A DNA stretch of 64,000 bases, taken from Flaccisagitta enflata (taxonomy: Eukaryota). The stretch lies in NCBI GenBank assembly GCA_965153355.1, contig OZ231126.1, positions 44,392,001 to 44,456,000 on the forward strand, in the 5' to 3' direction. The notes beneath the pieces were generated by a model. That model was not told the DNA's origin, did not search any database, and was given only the letters and a program-made list of their open reading frames with translations. Both the position numbers and the translations under genes were made by a program. This document shows positions 13,896 to 26,885 of this stretch, in pieces. Each line of letters begins with the position of its first letter. Positions within the stretch are counted from its first letter, which is position 1.

Positions 13896-14108
13896 AACAA
13901 GTGACGCGGGGTCACAATATCGTTGCGGACGGGTGGGCAGGGGCATCCAACCCCCCATCCACACCCTAACCCACCGCCAACACACAAACGTACACTAAAA
14001 GTATCTAAAACGCTTATTTCTCCACTATTCAACTCGATGACCGCTTCCAACCAACCAACCAACGGACGGACAAAGCCTCTTATAGAGTTGCGTGTCCGCA
14101 ACTAAAAA
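13896..14108 (-). mobile_element. Short HINE, GTGAC-hairpin subfamily
   Basis: Termini as 7424-7627. Confidence 0.8.
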
Positions 14109-14344
14109 GATGGAAAACGGCGAGCAGAAAAAAAAGAAGATTGTGTTTGGGAAAAAAAATGACAAATTTTGAGACGTCGCATTTTTAATGTTGGAACAAA
14201 AAGATTGCTAAGAATGCGTTTGAAATTCATGGTGGTCTATTTGCGCGTGCGTGTGTTTTTTGTCTTGTGTTTTGATGTGTAAAAGTGAGTGTGTGTGTAA
14301 AAAAGTGAGTGTGTGTGTAAAAAAGTGAGTGTGTGTGTAAAAAA

Positions 14345-14423
<79 letters not shown>

Positions 14424-14746
14424 CAAGTCTTCCAGTAATATTTGGTCACAAATACCATCATATTAATGCCTATTAATGGCTAACAGTCTGAAATAGAATA
14501 TACTTCAGCTGCGATCATTGCCGATAGCACTTTTTTTTAATGAGAAAGGCTGAAATGAAATGCATACATAAACTTTGAAGAAAAAAAAGAACTATAGAGG
14601 GAAAAAGAAAGAAATTTCGAATGAAAGAATGAAAGATGGGAAGGAAGAGAGATAAGGAGGAAAACATTATGAGAATGAGCGGTGAAATGGGGAAGAAACA
14701 AAGTAAAGGAAGCAGAAGAAATGTATCGGTATGACCGAAAAGATGG

Positions 14747-14816
<70 letters not shown>

Positions 14817-15003
14817 AAGAAAAACCTGAGTGGCCAAACTCATAAAACGAAGATTTATATCGACTTTTGACCTTTTATACAAAGTGGCACGTCCTAAGTT
14901 ATGAGCGGCAGAGAGAATATCCACAACCCGACGGACAGAAGATGAGAGAACCAACGTAACTTTTAACCATCCGCTAAAAGATATGTGAGCAAAAGGGAAA
15001 GAG

Positions 15004-15045
<42 letters not shown>

Positions 15046-15594
15046 AGACATGGAGAAAGCGTTGAAAGTTGGACAAACATTTACATAAAAGAAGAAAGGT
15101 TGTAACGTTTGGACAAAAGAGACGCTGCTGACGACTGCTGACCCAACGCGCGAATAAATGAACATCGTCATTCTGTCAGGATTCCGTCTCCAGCTTAGTT
15201 AACTCTCCAGATATATAAAACGGATGAAAAAGGCTTCACAGAGAAAAGTTATATGTTCTAACGAAGCCAGAATTTCGGCACTGGAAATCTAACCAGAACA
15301 GAGGGAGAAGGAAAGAAAATTCAGTGACACACTGTTTATCGACCGAAACGTTTTCATTGTTTACATGCGGGTGAAACTGGAGGAAAAGGAAAGTAGAGCC
15401 ATCGAATGCGGCTAAAAGCAACTTGCTCAGCGAAGGTGGCGTCTGCTTTCTAATCCAAATATAACTTTATCTCCCAGACGAAATGGTCGCCAGAGGTCCC
15501 CTCTTTCTGTCTGCCTCTGTTTCCCTTTCTCTCCTCTGTCTCTGTCTCTCTCTCTCTTTCCTCTTTCTTTTTCTCTATCTCTCCCCCTCTCCCC

Positions 15595-15666
<72 letters not shown>

Positions 15667-15718
15667 CACAGAATGATCTCTGTCTCTGTCTCTGTCTGTC
15701 TCTGTCTCTGTCTCTGTC

Positions 15719-15851
<133 letters not shown>

Positions 15852-16117
15852 CCATCCAAAAACGGCGGAATGATGAAGACGGCGCGATGATGATTCTATT
15901 TCATCCCAAGGTACGCAAGGGCCAGCAGACCGCGAATTATTACAGCCCATATAACATCTATTTCCGTGCACCATATAACATCGGCCGGTGTTCCGTGTCT
16001 TCCTTCTTTCGTCTTTCTTCTTCTTTTTCTCCTCATTCTTGACCTCATAAAATCCACGTCAGCAGAGACTTGAAGACGAGACGCGAGAGAGAAAAGATGG
16101 GACGCACAGGAAGGAAA

Positions 16118-16637
16118 AACTAGTCATCCAAGAATCGCACATGGTCAGCGGTACCCGATGCCCTGCTTGGAGTGCTCAAGTGAAGAAGTGGAGTGAGAGC
16201 AGGGCAGCAGCCCTAAAGGGGTGAATTTCGAGACGTCCGGAGGTAGATTTGAAGTTGGGATTGCAGAATTTAGTCCAAAAGAGCAGATTTGAGGTTTGGG
16301 GGGCAGGCTTGAGGCCTAGAGGACAAGATTGAGGCCTGAAGAGTTGATTTGAGGCCTGGAGGGCGGATTTGAGGTCTGGGGGGCTGATTTGAGGTCTTGA
16401 GGGCAGATAAGGGGTCTGGAGAGCTGATTGAAGCTCTTGAGGGTTAAATTGAGTTCTGAAAGGGCTGATTTGAGGGCTCAGAGGGCCAAAATCAGGCCTG
16501 AGACTGCAGACTTGAGGCTCCAATGGCCAAGGGGGGGGGGAGGGAAGGATGGATAGAAGGACGGAAGGAAGAATGGACGTCTTGAAATTCCCTGTGTCCT
16601 ACAGGACATCGGCCCTTTGGAACCGCTGCCCAAAAAA
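16118..16637 (-). mobile_element. Long HINE-like element, GATGTCCTGTAGGACAC subfamily
   Basis: Inverse of 34042-34618. Confidence 0.7.
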
Positions 16638-16923
16638 TGATGGAAACGCGAAAAAACGAGAGAAGGAAAGTAATTTCTTCATGTTAAGAATATCTATTCC
16701 CGCGTCCTCATCGACCTGCCTTACCTACCTCCCACTCGACCAAGTCCCCTACCCTCATACGCGGTAAAATTCTCCCGTTTTAACTGCTTCTATGACACAA
16801 GAATAAGACTTTGCTTTAACTGACCCACCAGAAACTACTCCTTTTCATGAAAATTTTGGATTTGCTTTTTCCTTTAAAAATATATTGAACTAACTATGCA
16901 CAAATGATAAAGAGCCAGTGCCG

Positions 16924-17107
16924 TTTTTAGTTGCGGACACGCAACTCTATAAGAGGCTTTGTCCGTCCGTCGGTCGGTCCGTCGGTCCGTGGACACGAGT
17001 CAAAAAGTGAGGAAATGAGCGTTTTAGAACATTTTTAGTTGGGGACAGTTGTATTTCCGCCCCTGCCCACCCGTCCGCAACTGATGGCCGTGTATCCGGC
17101 CTTGTTT
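16924..17107 (+). mobile_element. Short HINE
   Basis: Termini as 6775-6932. Confidence 0.8.
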
Positions 17108-17413
17108 GCCATATATTGTCACTATCGCCTAGACCCCCCGGCCCCCACCCACATATTCCTCTTCTGTCTGTCCCGCTTCTTGTCTCCACCACCTCTTCCT
17201 TCTCACTGAAGCAAAACGCCCTCTTTGGCCTTAGTAAATGGCCAAGGCAAAGTCAACAAAGGCTGTGAATGTCCGACTAATCTTCTACCTGACGTGCGAA
17301 ACGACTCGCCGACCGACTCACCGACCGAACAACCTCTAGATTTATTAGGCGCGACTAAATCCTCTCCTCAGTATGCTTGCGCGCTCTCTTTCTCTTTCTC
17401 TTTCTCTTTCTCT

Positions 17414-17486
<73 letters not shown>

Positions 17487-17794
17487 GTCACTGACCACTA
17501 ACCACAGGATATATAAAGACAGACGGACTCTACTTTAGCCAGGATCACCAAAAATAGGAATGGAAAGAAGTCAACGGCATAGGGAAGGAGGGAGACAAAT
17601 ATGAATCGACACCGAACCAAAGTTCTGGGCAAAGTACAGTACGTTCCGAGCAAAAAGGGCATTATATGGAGGATCTACTGTACGCAACACATTAAATTCA
17701 AATATCATAATGTGTGGTTTTTCTGAAAGCCAATGATGCAAGGAATTCCGCGAACATAATTTTGATACTCTGGTTGCAAAAGGTGAGCACACAG

Positions 17795-17912
17795 AAAAAA
17801 AGTCGTGCACATGTCCAGTTTCGAACCCGTGACTTGACAGAATCACTTTTCCCAATGCAGAGAAAAGAAATTCTGAAGTCGCGCACGCTAACCATTAGGC
17901 CAACGCGACACG
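17795..17912 (-). ncRNA. tRNA-derived Pol III unit inside the left TIR
   Basis: Mirror copy: A box TGGCCTAATGG, GACT-TCA-GA, hairpin, B box GGTTCGAAAC, T7. Confidence 0.55.
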
Positions 17913-18230
17913 GGTAAATTTGTGTTAATTACAAGTCATCATAATCTAATCGGCCGCTATTTTTGACTTCCAAACTCAATCAACGGAATTTATTTTCCCT
18001 TGCTGATCCTTGCTCTGTTTTCATATCAGAATGGCTTCCTTACATCATAAAAAATGTGTTCAACGTACGAACATGAAGTAGTTTTAGTGATCATTCAATA
18101 GGTTTCAGTAGGTTTTGCTATGGACGATCGTGCTTATTAGAAATATATGATGAAGTTACTTCTTTTCAACATACTGATTATCAGAATAAGACACGAAATG
18201 AAAAAGAAAATAGATGAAAAAGCAAAGAAA

Positions 18231-19748
18231 AACAAGGCCGGATACACGGCAATCCAGTCGCGGACGGTTGAGCAGGAGCAGTAATGTGAAAACCGCTCGG
18301 AATTCAAAAATGTGACGGACGGACGGAGACCTACAGACCTACGGACCTACCGACCAACACGGCAAGGTGTAGATTCGCGTGTCCGCGACTAAAAATGAAA
18401 AGAGGTCAAAACGAATGGGCGAGCTAATAGATTAACAGACTAAGGGCAACAAATTGATGAGCTAATAAATGAGGGAAGCAGAAAAAGCAAACAAACTAAC
18501 AAAAAAGCAAACGTTGAAATAGATGAACAAGGCCGGATACACGGCCAATCCGTAGTCGCTGCTGGTGGGCAGGGGCAGCAATGCGAGTGGGCAGGGGCAG
18601 TATGTGAGTAGGCGGGGGCTGTATTGACGCCAGGCAGGAGCTGTGATGGTCAGAAATCTGTTTTTCAGTCGATTTCGCGTCATCAAAATTTTCGCGTGAC
18701 AGACATTCAGACAGACAGACAGACAGACACAGGGACACACCCTCTTATAGAGTCGCTTAGGCAGCGACTAAAAACTGCAGGAATAAAGTGAATATAAAAC
18801 ATAAAGAGAAATAGAACAAGGCCAAGTAGGCCAATAAGGTGCGCCGTGTGGATCGTCGAACCAATGCTTTACCGACCAACCGACCGATAGACTAACGGAC
18901 AGAGCCAGTTAAAGAGGTGCGTTGGCGCACCTAAAAAAACTAACAGATAAAAAAATGAACAAAAGAACGAACGAACAAACAAACCAATGAACGAACAAAC
19001 AAATGAATGGACGAACGATAGAATGATCAAGGTCATTAGACCTAATTTGCGTGCTCCGGCACATTAAAACAAGGCCAAGTATAGGCCAATAAGTGCGCCT
19101 CGCTTGATTAAGATTTTGTGAATGAACCTTTTTGATGAATAAATGAATGAATGAATGAATGAATGAATGAATGATGGAATGAATGAATATGAATGTGGTG
19201 AGGCATGAAAGGTGATAGGAATGAAGAAGTACGTCAGAATCAGCCGTTTTGCGCATTTCAAACGTTTGCGTGACCGACCAACCAACCGACCGACCAACCA
19301 ACCGACGGACATGACCTCTTATAGAAGTGCGAGGACGCACTTAAAAAGTCAGACAGACAAACGATTTAAAAAAAAAAAGACATTCAAAACGGCTTATCAC
19401 GCCTCAAAGTTTCTTCTCTACTACTCTGGGACATAAAAAAAACATTAATAAAACTGGGACATAAAAACTGGGACATAAAAAAACATTAATAAAAGCCTTC
19501 ATAAACGACTTTGTGGCAGACGGACGAACCAACTGCCTGAAGTGGTGACCGCTGTTACAGACTAACCAAATGACCAACAAGTGCTTATTGCTGCCAAAAA
19601 ACTTATATCTTAAATCATTTTGAACACCTTTTAAACGATTTTGTGACGGACAAATGGATGGATGGCCGGACGGGTGGATGGACGGACAGACCAACCAACC
19701 GACGGACAGGAAAGTGGCTTATAGAGTTGCGTAGCACGCGACTAAAAA
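18231..19748 (-). mobile_element. Cluster of five co-oriented short HINEs (18231-18395, 18526-18774, 18815-18939, 19068-19347, ~19500-19748)
   Basis: Each shows an AACAAGGCC 3' end and/or 5' hairpin plus GACN microsatellite; different subfamilies. Confidence 0.75.
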
Positions 19749-21804
19749 TGGAAGAATGATCGAAGGGAATCAAAGGGAAGGAAGAACAAAAGAAGGGAAA
19801 AATGAGAGGTTCGGTGTCGATCGGCGTCGATCATAACGGCGTCGTGTTGGTTTGATTGGAAACTAGAAATCAGCTCTTTCTCTTCTTTCTGCGCTGAAAA
19901 TCGAAATGATGTGGAGGAAGAATGAAACTCAAAGAAATCTTTTTCTCCCACATTTGTTGATTGTTCCTTCGTTTGTAGAAGGAGATGACACTTTCTGAAG
20001 TCTTTCCCCCCCCCACCTTCTCCCCCTCTTCATCCTCCTTGATCTCATGAACTTGGAAAGGCTTTAGAGGTTATGGGATTGAAGAAAGTTAGAATCGGCT
20101 ATTTTGCGAGTTTCAAACGGACAGACAGACCAACCTATCAACGGACAATCAGACATGACCTCTAGAAGTGTGAAGACATACTTAAAAATCAGAACAGCCA
20201 CAAAAATTACTTAAAAAGCTATATAAAACATGGAGTTACAATAATGTCGCGGATGGCGGGAGGGAGAGACAGGGGCCTTAAACCCCCCCCCCCCTTACAC
20301 ACACAAATACAACCGTAGCATGCGAGTTTTGATACTTTTCAACTCAACCATTTCAGACCAAATCAAAGGACGGATTGTCACACAAAGTCTATGGATTCAC
20401 AAGTCAGTGGTCAAAACTGTGACAGGAGGGATGGACTAATGGACTGTCCGACCAACCGACCAACACTAACCCATAAAATGATTATTTGAAAGTCGGGTTT
20501 TCCTTTCGGCTGAAATAAATCATTATTTTCCTACTCTGTACCTGAGATTTGTTTCTACCTCTTCCTCTGGATCATTCGCAGCCCTCGCAACGTCATTGTC
20601 TATCCATCGATAACCACATTGGTACGGTTCATGATATTCTCACACTAGTGACTTTTTTTCCCCGGCGCTCCTCATATCTTCACTGCCAGTCAAAAACCCA
20701 GGATGAAATTATCTAAAAAAAAAAATAAACAAAAAGTAAAAAAATAAAATAAAAAAAAAAACTCATTTTGATTTTTTATAAAGTTTTGAAAAAAATTTAG
20801 AATTGGAATATAATATATATTCTAATTAATAAATTGCAAATAAGTTGAAAACAGTTTTTACTGTTAAACTCTTTATTGTTAAGCATTTGAACAAAGGTGT
20901 TAACATAATATATCTAACACCTGTGCAACAATGATTGCAACAACTTGACAATCCACTATATTTTTCACATTCTGCAAAGCTGAATTTACATATTTGATCG
21001 GTTTTAGCCATTTTCATAATAATACTAGCTAAAACATGACAGAAAGAGGATTTTTAATTCTCTTTGGGAGTTCCAAGTTTAGTTTATTTATCACAACTGC
21101 GAGATGGTTGTGTCCAGAATGTCAACTTTTGGATTACTTTGACACAAATATTTGAGCCCTTTGCTTTTGAAATTGAACTTAAAATCCATGGGATTATTAA
21201 AATTGAACTTAAAATTCATAGGATTATCAAACTAGAGCTCAAGAGCTAATCAGAGGCACAATCCACATGTTTCTATCCATTTTCAAAAAGATTTCAGAGT
21301 GTTATAAAGATGATGATGTTTTTTTGGTAATTTTGCAGTGCCAAGCAGGGTAGATGTTTTCACTGATTTAGCTATAACTGGGCTTTGTTTTAATCAATAA
21401 CGATGTTATTCATGAGCGAAATGAAGCATTTCTTAAGTACTAACTGATGGTGAAAACCAAATTTCTTGTTTTTTTCCCATTTTGATTTGACAATTTTAGG
21501 AAGTTGTTGCAATAATTCTTGCACAGCTGTTATATCATATACATTTTAATGGTCTAAGAAATAAAAAAAGGGCGAAGTATTTAAGCCTGAATATTAAAAA
21601 AAAAACATTTTTTTGCAAAAGCTTAACCAAGATGAATATTTATTTTAGAACCCTTGTATAGAAAGCTTATGGTTTTTTTTAAACTTTAAAGATTGAGATA
21701 TTTCAAGTCTGGGAACCTGACCGTTACACGCTGCAGCGCAGTTTTGGTCCGACGGTGCTGCTGCAGTCTGAGGCAACATCGTCTGAGGTCGCATCAATGG
21801 ATTC

Positions 21805-22053
21805 AACAAGGCCCGATACGGCGATACACGGCTACCCCAGTCGCGAGCGGGTGGGCAGGGGCTGTATTTGAGATCACTTGATAATTTGGGCAGGAGCAGT
21901 GAGGCCAAAGACCAGAAACCATAAAAAGTAAAGGATGACGGACGGTCGGACGGATGGCGGGATGGACAGACAGACGGATGGACGGACGAACCAACTGACC
22001 GACAAGGCGGGGTGTGAATTCCGCTGAATTGTGTCGCATAGCACGCGACTGAA
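21805..22053 (-). mobile_element. Short HINE
   Basis: AACAAGGCC...GCACGCGACT. Confidence 0.75.
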
Positions 22054-22511
22054 TATGCAGATGTTCTTGGTGGGAGACTTAATTGAGATCAGAATATACC
22101 GCTAGGTGGCGCTTCTTGACCAATACCGTTTTAAGATATTGATAAAAGAGCATCGACCGCGCTTGGACCGTTCCAAATTGTTTACACTTTCGTATTGATC
22201 GATGGTCATTCCTGGTGTAGCGAGCGCAGAGCGCAGATTTAAAATCCGAATGCAATGCATTGCTTATGACTTTTTTCCTCACGGCGATAACCATTTCTTC
22301 ATCATTTTCATCTTCAGTCTGGCAGACAGACAGAACGCTTTTTAAGATCGGATTTTAGGCGGATTTGGCGTCTCTTTGCACATTCATTCGGTTTCTGAGG
22401 ATTCTTTTTATTTCCACCGTTGCGATATCCCCGGATCTCCATAGGAAGGTGTGTCGGTCGTTCGGGGATTCTTTTTTTGGCCAGTCTTTCGCCGTGGCCC
22501 AACATCTTATG

Positions 22512-22645
22512 TTTTTAGTCGCGGACACGCGACTCTACACCTTGCTGTGTCGGTCGGTCCATCGGTCCGTCGGTCTGTCACATTTGTGAATTGCGATCGG
22601 GTTTCGTATTGCTGCTCCTGCCCAACTGGATTGCCGGTGTGTCCG
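22512..22645 (+). mobile_element. Short HINE (degenerate 3' end)
   Basis: TTTTAGTCGCGGACACGCGACT start. Confidence 0.7.
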
Positions 22646-22708
22646 TCGGGAATGCATCTGTATAGGAAGGTCTGTCAGTTGGTCGGCTGTTCCGTTGCTT
22701 GTCGGGTA

Positions 22709-23335
22709 GACGCTTTTTTTTGTAAGAACACTGTTTTTATAAACATCAGCCTAAGATTTGGCCAAATAACAAGAACATCTTAAGAACATGCTAGGCCTAA
22801 GATGAGAAAATAAGAATATAATTTTCTTAAAAACTAAAAGTTAGATGAACAAGGCCGGATACACGGCTACCGAAGTTGCGTACGGGTGGGCAGGGGCCAT
22901 ATTTGAGGTCGCCAGACCATTTGGGCAGGAGCAGTGAGGTCAAAGAAATAAAATCATAAAAAAAAAGTAAAGTGTGACGGACCAACCGACCAACCGACCA
23001 ACCGACCGACCGACCAACGGACAAAGCGGGTTGTAGAGTCGCGTGCGAGCGACTAAAAACCCTTAAAAGATTATCATTATAATTATGATTTCTAATATGA
23101 TAATTCATTATTCATTAAATACTAATCTTAAACTGTTTTTTAAGTAGAAAAAAATGTTTTTTGAACTTTCTTAAAAAAATAAATTATTATGACAATGTAA
23201 CTATAAAGTTATAAAAAAATTATCTGATTCAAAAATAAAAACATGCTAAGAATGCTTGAGCCTCAAAATAGAGCTAAAAATAAGAACGCTGAGCCTCACT
23301 TCAAAAATCCATGTTCTCATAAAATGAAAAGCGTG
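22709..23335. mobile_element. Related TAAGAAC-repeat MITE containing a HINE
   Basis: ACGCTTTT..GTAAGAACA / TGTTCTCATAAAATGAAAAGCGT; similar to 36755-37167. Confidence 0.65.
22848..23059 (-). mobile_element. Short HINE nested in MITE
   Basis: Full termini. Confidence 0.8.
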
Positions 23336-23624
23336 CGCTTTTCTTTTCATCAGTTCATAATGAGACCGCTGCAAGAGCTTAAATGAAGGAGCTACCCACA
23401 ACAGTCAGGAAAATTTTTAGTCGCAACAATGTTTGATTTTTATGTTGAAGAAAAAATAGAAAAACTTTAAGATTGATTTTCCCGTCTGCTTTTGGCTTTG
23501 GCTTTCTTATTTCCGCGAAGCGCCCGTGGTAACTGTTTTAATTCTCTCAAAAATGAGTAAGACGTCAATATTTTGGAGGGAAAAAGAGGGCCTATAACGC
23601 GCTGATTAGAATCATCTCCAATGC

Positions 23625-23964
23625 ATAAGAACACTGTTTATAAGAACATCAGCCTCAGACTTGGCAAATAAAAAAAAATTATCATAAAAACATGCTGAGC
23701 CCTAGATTAAAATTTTTTTTTTAAAAACTCAATGAAATAAGATGAAATCAATATCGTATTATTGATTTTCAAAAAAATCTTTTATTGTTTTAAAATATCA
23801 ATTTTATTTTCCTTTCTTTATTTTTTTTCTGACAGTAGCTTAAAATAGCAAACTAAAAGAATTATACATTGTAATTGCATAATTATTTAAAAAGATTTTA
23901 ATTTTAAAAAATGACATAATTATAATGCTTCAGAAATCCATGTTCTTATAATATGAAAAGCGTG
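23625..23964. mobile_element. Left-truncated copy of the TAAGAAC MITE
   Basis: Aligns to 22722-23335; right end AAAAGCGTG|ta. Confidence 0.6.
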
Positions 23965-24196
23965 TACTGCTCCTGCCCACTCGTCCGAGACTGAGTGAAG
24001 AGACGAGAAAACGTGAGAAAACCCTCAAAGCAGACACAGAATGATGGGGAGCAAACGCATCGGCGTAATGGAGAGATAGTCAGCAGACTTGGCGGTGTAT
24101 AAAACATGCAGACTACGAAGCCAATGAGATTTGACCAGTGTCAACGGCTCTCTAAATGCATCACGCGAGATATATAGGCAATATAAGCAACAAAAA

Positions 24197-24351
24197 AACA
24201 AGGCCGGATACACGGCCATCAGTTGCGGACGGGTGGGCAGGAGCGGATATGCGCGTTTTCACACTTCTCGACTCGTGTCCACGGACCGACTGACCAACCA
24301 ACCAACGGACGGACAAAGCCTCTTATAGAGTTGCGTGTCCGCAACTAAAAA
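24197..24351 (-). mobile_element. Short HINE
   Basis: Full termini. Confidence 0.8.
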
Positions 24352-24586
24352 GAATCATTAGTAGACGGTCGAGTCTCCTCTGGGCTCCAAAACCAGACTG
24401 ACCGATAGCCATCCCTTCCTCCGAAACGCAGACAGAACGGACTGGCAGCTGTCGCTTTACTGTTGTGAAAATCCTTTGCTTTACTATCATGAAAATCCGC
24501 AGCGGCCCCATACGCGTAATATTAGGAGAGAAAAGAGCATCGCGGTTGTCGCACAGTCTCTGCACTGAGGGGGAATTTATACGTCC

Positions 24587-24735
24587 TTTTTTAGTCGCGT
24601 GCTACGCGACTTTACACCCACCTTGGTCCATCCGTCAGTTGGTCGGTCGGTCCCCATTTTACTTTTGGTGATATTCTCCATCACTGCTCCTGCCCACCCG
24701 CACGCCACTAGGGTAGCCGTGTATCCGGCCTTGTT
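24587..24735 (+). mobile_element. Short HINE
   Basis: TAGTCGCGTGCTACGCGACT ... GCCGTGTATCCGGCCTTGTT. Confidence 0.8.
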
Positions 24736-25218
24736 ATGTACAGAGGCGGCCGTTGAGACTTGAGTCTCATTTCCATATAAAGATGAACGAATGTTTGAGA
24801 ATGTTCGTGAACGAACATAACTGTTCGCGAATGTACAAGAATGTTCGTGAACATTTAATGGAAAAAAGTCGAATTACGTAATTCGACTTTTTGAAACGTA
24901 GGGGAGAAATAAAGTTTTCCATTTTCGGTTTGGGGCAATTTTAGGAAGTTGTGCCATTTTGGGGCTGGGAGTATACATTTTTTGATATTCAAAACTAAGA
25001 AAGAGCTAATTTTTCATTTTCAAATGGCGCCAACCAGAAGTCTCTACGATTAATATTTTAGGAGTTATGAATTTTTGAATCTTTTTTTATTTTTTCGTAT
25101 TTTCGCAAAAATCGATATTTTTCATTGATCTCATTTTTTGGGGTCTATGTAACATGAGAAAAGTGTTAAGATGTTACACAAAGTGACTCCAAGTTTTTTG
25201 ACGCTAGCTTGCGCATTT

Positions 25219-25273
<55 letters not shown>

Positions 25274-25321
25274 AAGAGATAGAGAGAGTGGGAAGAGATA
25301 GAGAGAGTGGGAAGAGAGAGA

Positions 25322-25407
<86 letters not shown>

Positions 25408-25409
25408 CA

Positions 25410-25489
<80 letters not shown>

Positions 25490-26107
25490 CAAAGACAGAG
25501 GAAGACTGAGAGAAAAAAAAGACAACTGTAGATTGAATAACAAAAACACACAGGCAATCAATCAAACAGCATGAGATGCACTCACAGAGGATCATGCACT
25601 GAAAAAAGAAACTCCCATTTACGCCTTTTTTCCGGATGGCGATTAGCCGCCTTTATTGGTAAACATTCGTGAACATCCGTGAATACTCGTTAACATTTTT
25701 GAACATTCATGAAAGTTCGTAAATGTCCATGCATGTCTGGGAATGTCCTCGAACATTCGGTGATGTTCGTGAATGTTTGTGAAAGTTCATGAACAGCGCG
25801 GCAAGTGAAAATCACAGGTCATTTTCTTAATTAATACTTTTTGTTTTAAAATGCATCTAACCTTTAACGGTATGAGATATGCATAAAATAAAAACATAAG
25901 ATGTTACTATGATAGACAATTCACTCGCAAAAGTTCATAACAGTCTTGACAGAAGGTTGGTATCACGTTCCTTCGCGAATTCGCGGCTCGAAAATCGTGT
26001 GGATGACGCATCTTGTTGCCTATTCGGAATTGTATTTCTTCTTTTTTTTCCTTTGTTTCTTCCAATCATTCACTCTACCTTCTTTTCTTTCTTTCTCTGT
26101 CTCTGTC

Positions 26108-26220
26108 TTTTTAGACACCCTGTCGGTCGGTAGGAAATATTTATGAATTGCGAGCGGTTTTCGCATCACGGCTCCTGCCCAACTGTCCGCGACTGTCTCA
26201 CCATGTATCCGGCCTTGTTT
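26108..26220 (+). mobile_element. Short HINE, 5' hairpin deleted
   Basis: 3' subTIR and hairpin present. Confidence 0.65.
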
Positions 26221-26767
26221 CTTTCTTTCTTTCTTACGTCCATCAACCGGTTTCTTCCTTTCTTTCGTTCTTTCGTTCGTTCGTTCGTTCGTTTGTGCGT
26301 TCATTCGTTTGTTTGTTTGTTTGTTCGTTCTTTCTTTTGTGCGTTTTCGTTCTTTTTTGTAAGTTAATTATTTTTGTTTTCTTTTCAGTGCAGTGTTTGC
26401 TTCTTTCCTTCAATTGTTCCTCCTTTGGTCTACTTGTTAGTTCGTATGTTGATTTGTTCATCTATTTGTTAGGTCGTTCATCGGTTCAATTATTAATCAA
26501 TTAATATGTTTGTCTTTTTAATATCTTTTTCTCTTGACACTTAATGTTTTTTTGATTAATGTTTGTTTGTTTAATGTATGTTTGTTTGTTTTTTCTTAAA
26601 TTTGTTCGTTTTATTTTGATGTAATGAACCTATTCCTACATCATGAGCTGATTGAATCAATGAAGTTGGCGATGCACATGACAAAGAAAAAACATTTTGA
26701 ACGACTGCGCTTGGATGGTAAAATGAGCGCTGGACTAGAAGATATCCAAGTATCTTCAATTATCACC

Positions 26768-26885
26768 CGTGTCGCGTTAGCCTAATGGTTAGCGTGCGCG
26801 ACTTCAAAATCTCTTCTCTCTGCATAGGGAAAAGTGATTCTGTCAAGTCACGGGTTCGAAACTGGACATGTGCACGACTTTTTTT
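26768..26885 (+). ncRNA. tRNA-derived Pol III unit inside the right TIR (not a canonical tRNA)
   Basis: A box TAGCCTAATGG 26778-26788, GACT-TCA-AA, long hairpin, B box GGTTCGAAAC 26853-26862, T7 run 26879-26885; D, T and acceptor stems imperfect. Confidence 0.55.

Noticed and set aside
17606-19822. 14-bp inverted match ATCGACACCGAACC between 17606 and 19808
   Set aside because: Matches of this length are expected by chance in 64 kb
20541-20712. Exon with in-frame TGA read as selenocysteine
   Set aside because: Stops in all frames from the acceptor, no SECIS identified; more likely decayed or non-coding
26768-26885. Functional tRNA-Sec or opal suppressor
   Set aside because: Does not resemble the eukaryotic tRNA-Sec sequence; D, T and acceptor stems mismatch; lies in a transposon TIR
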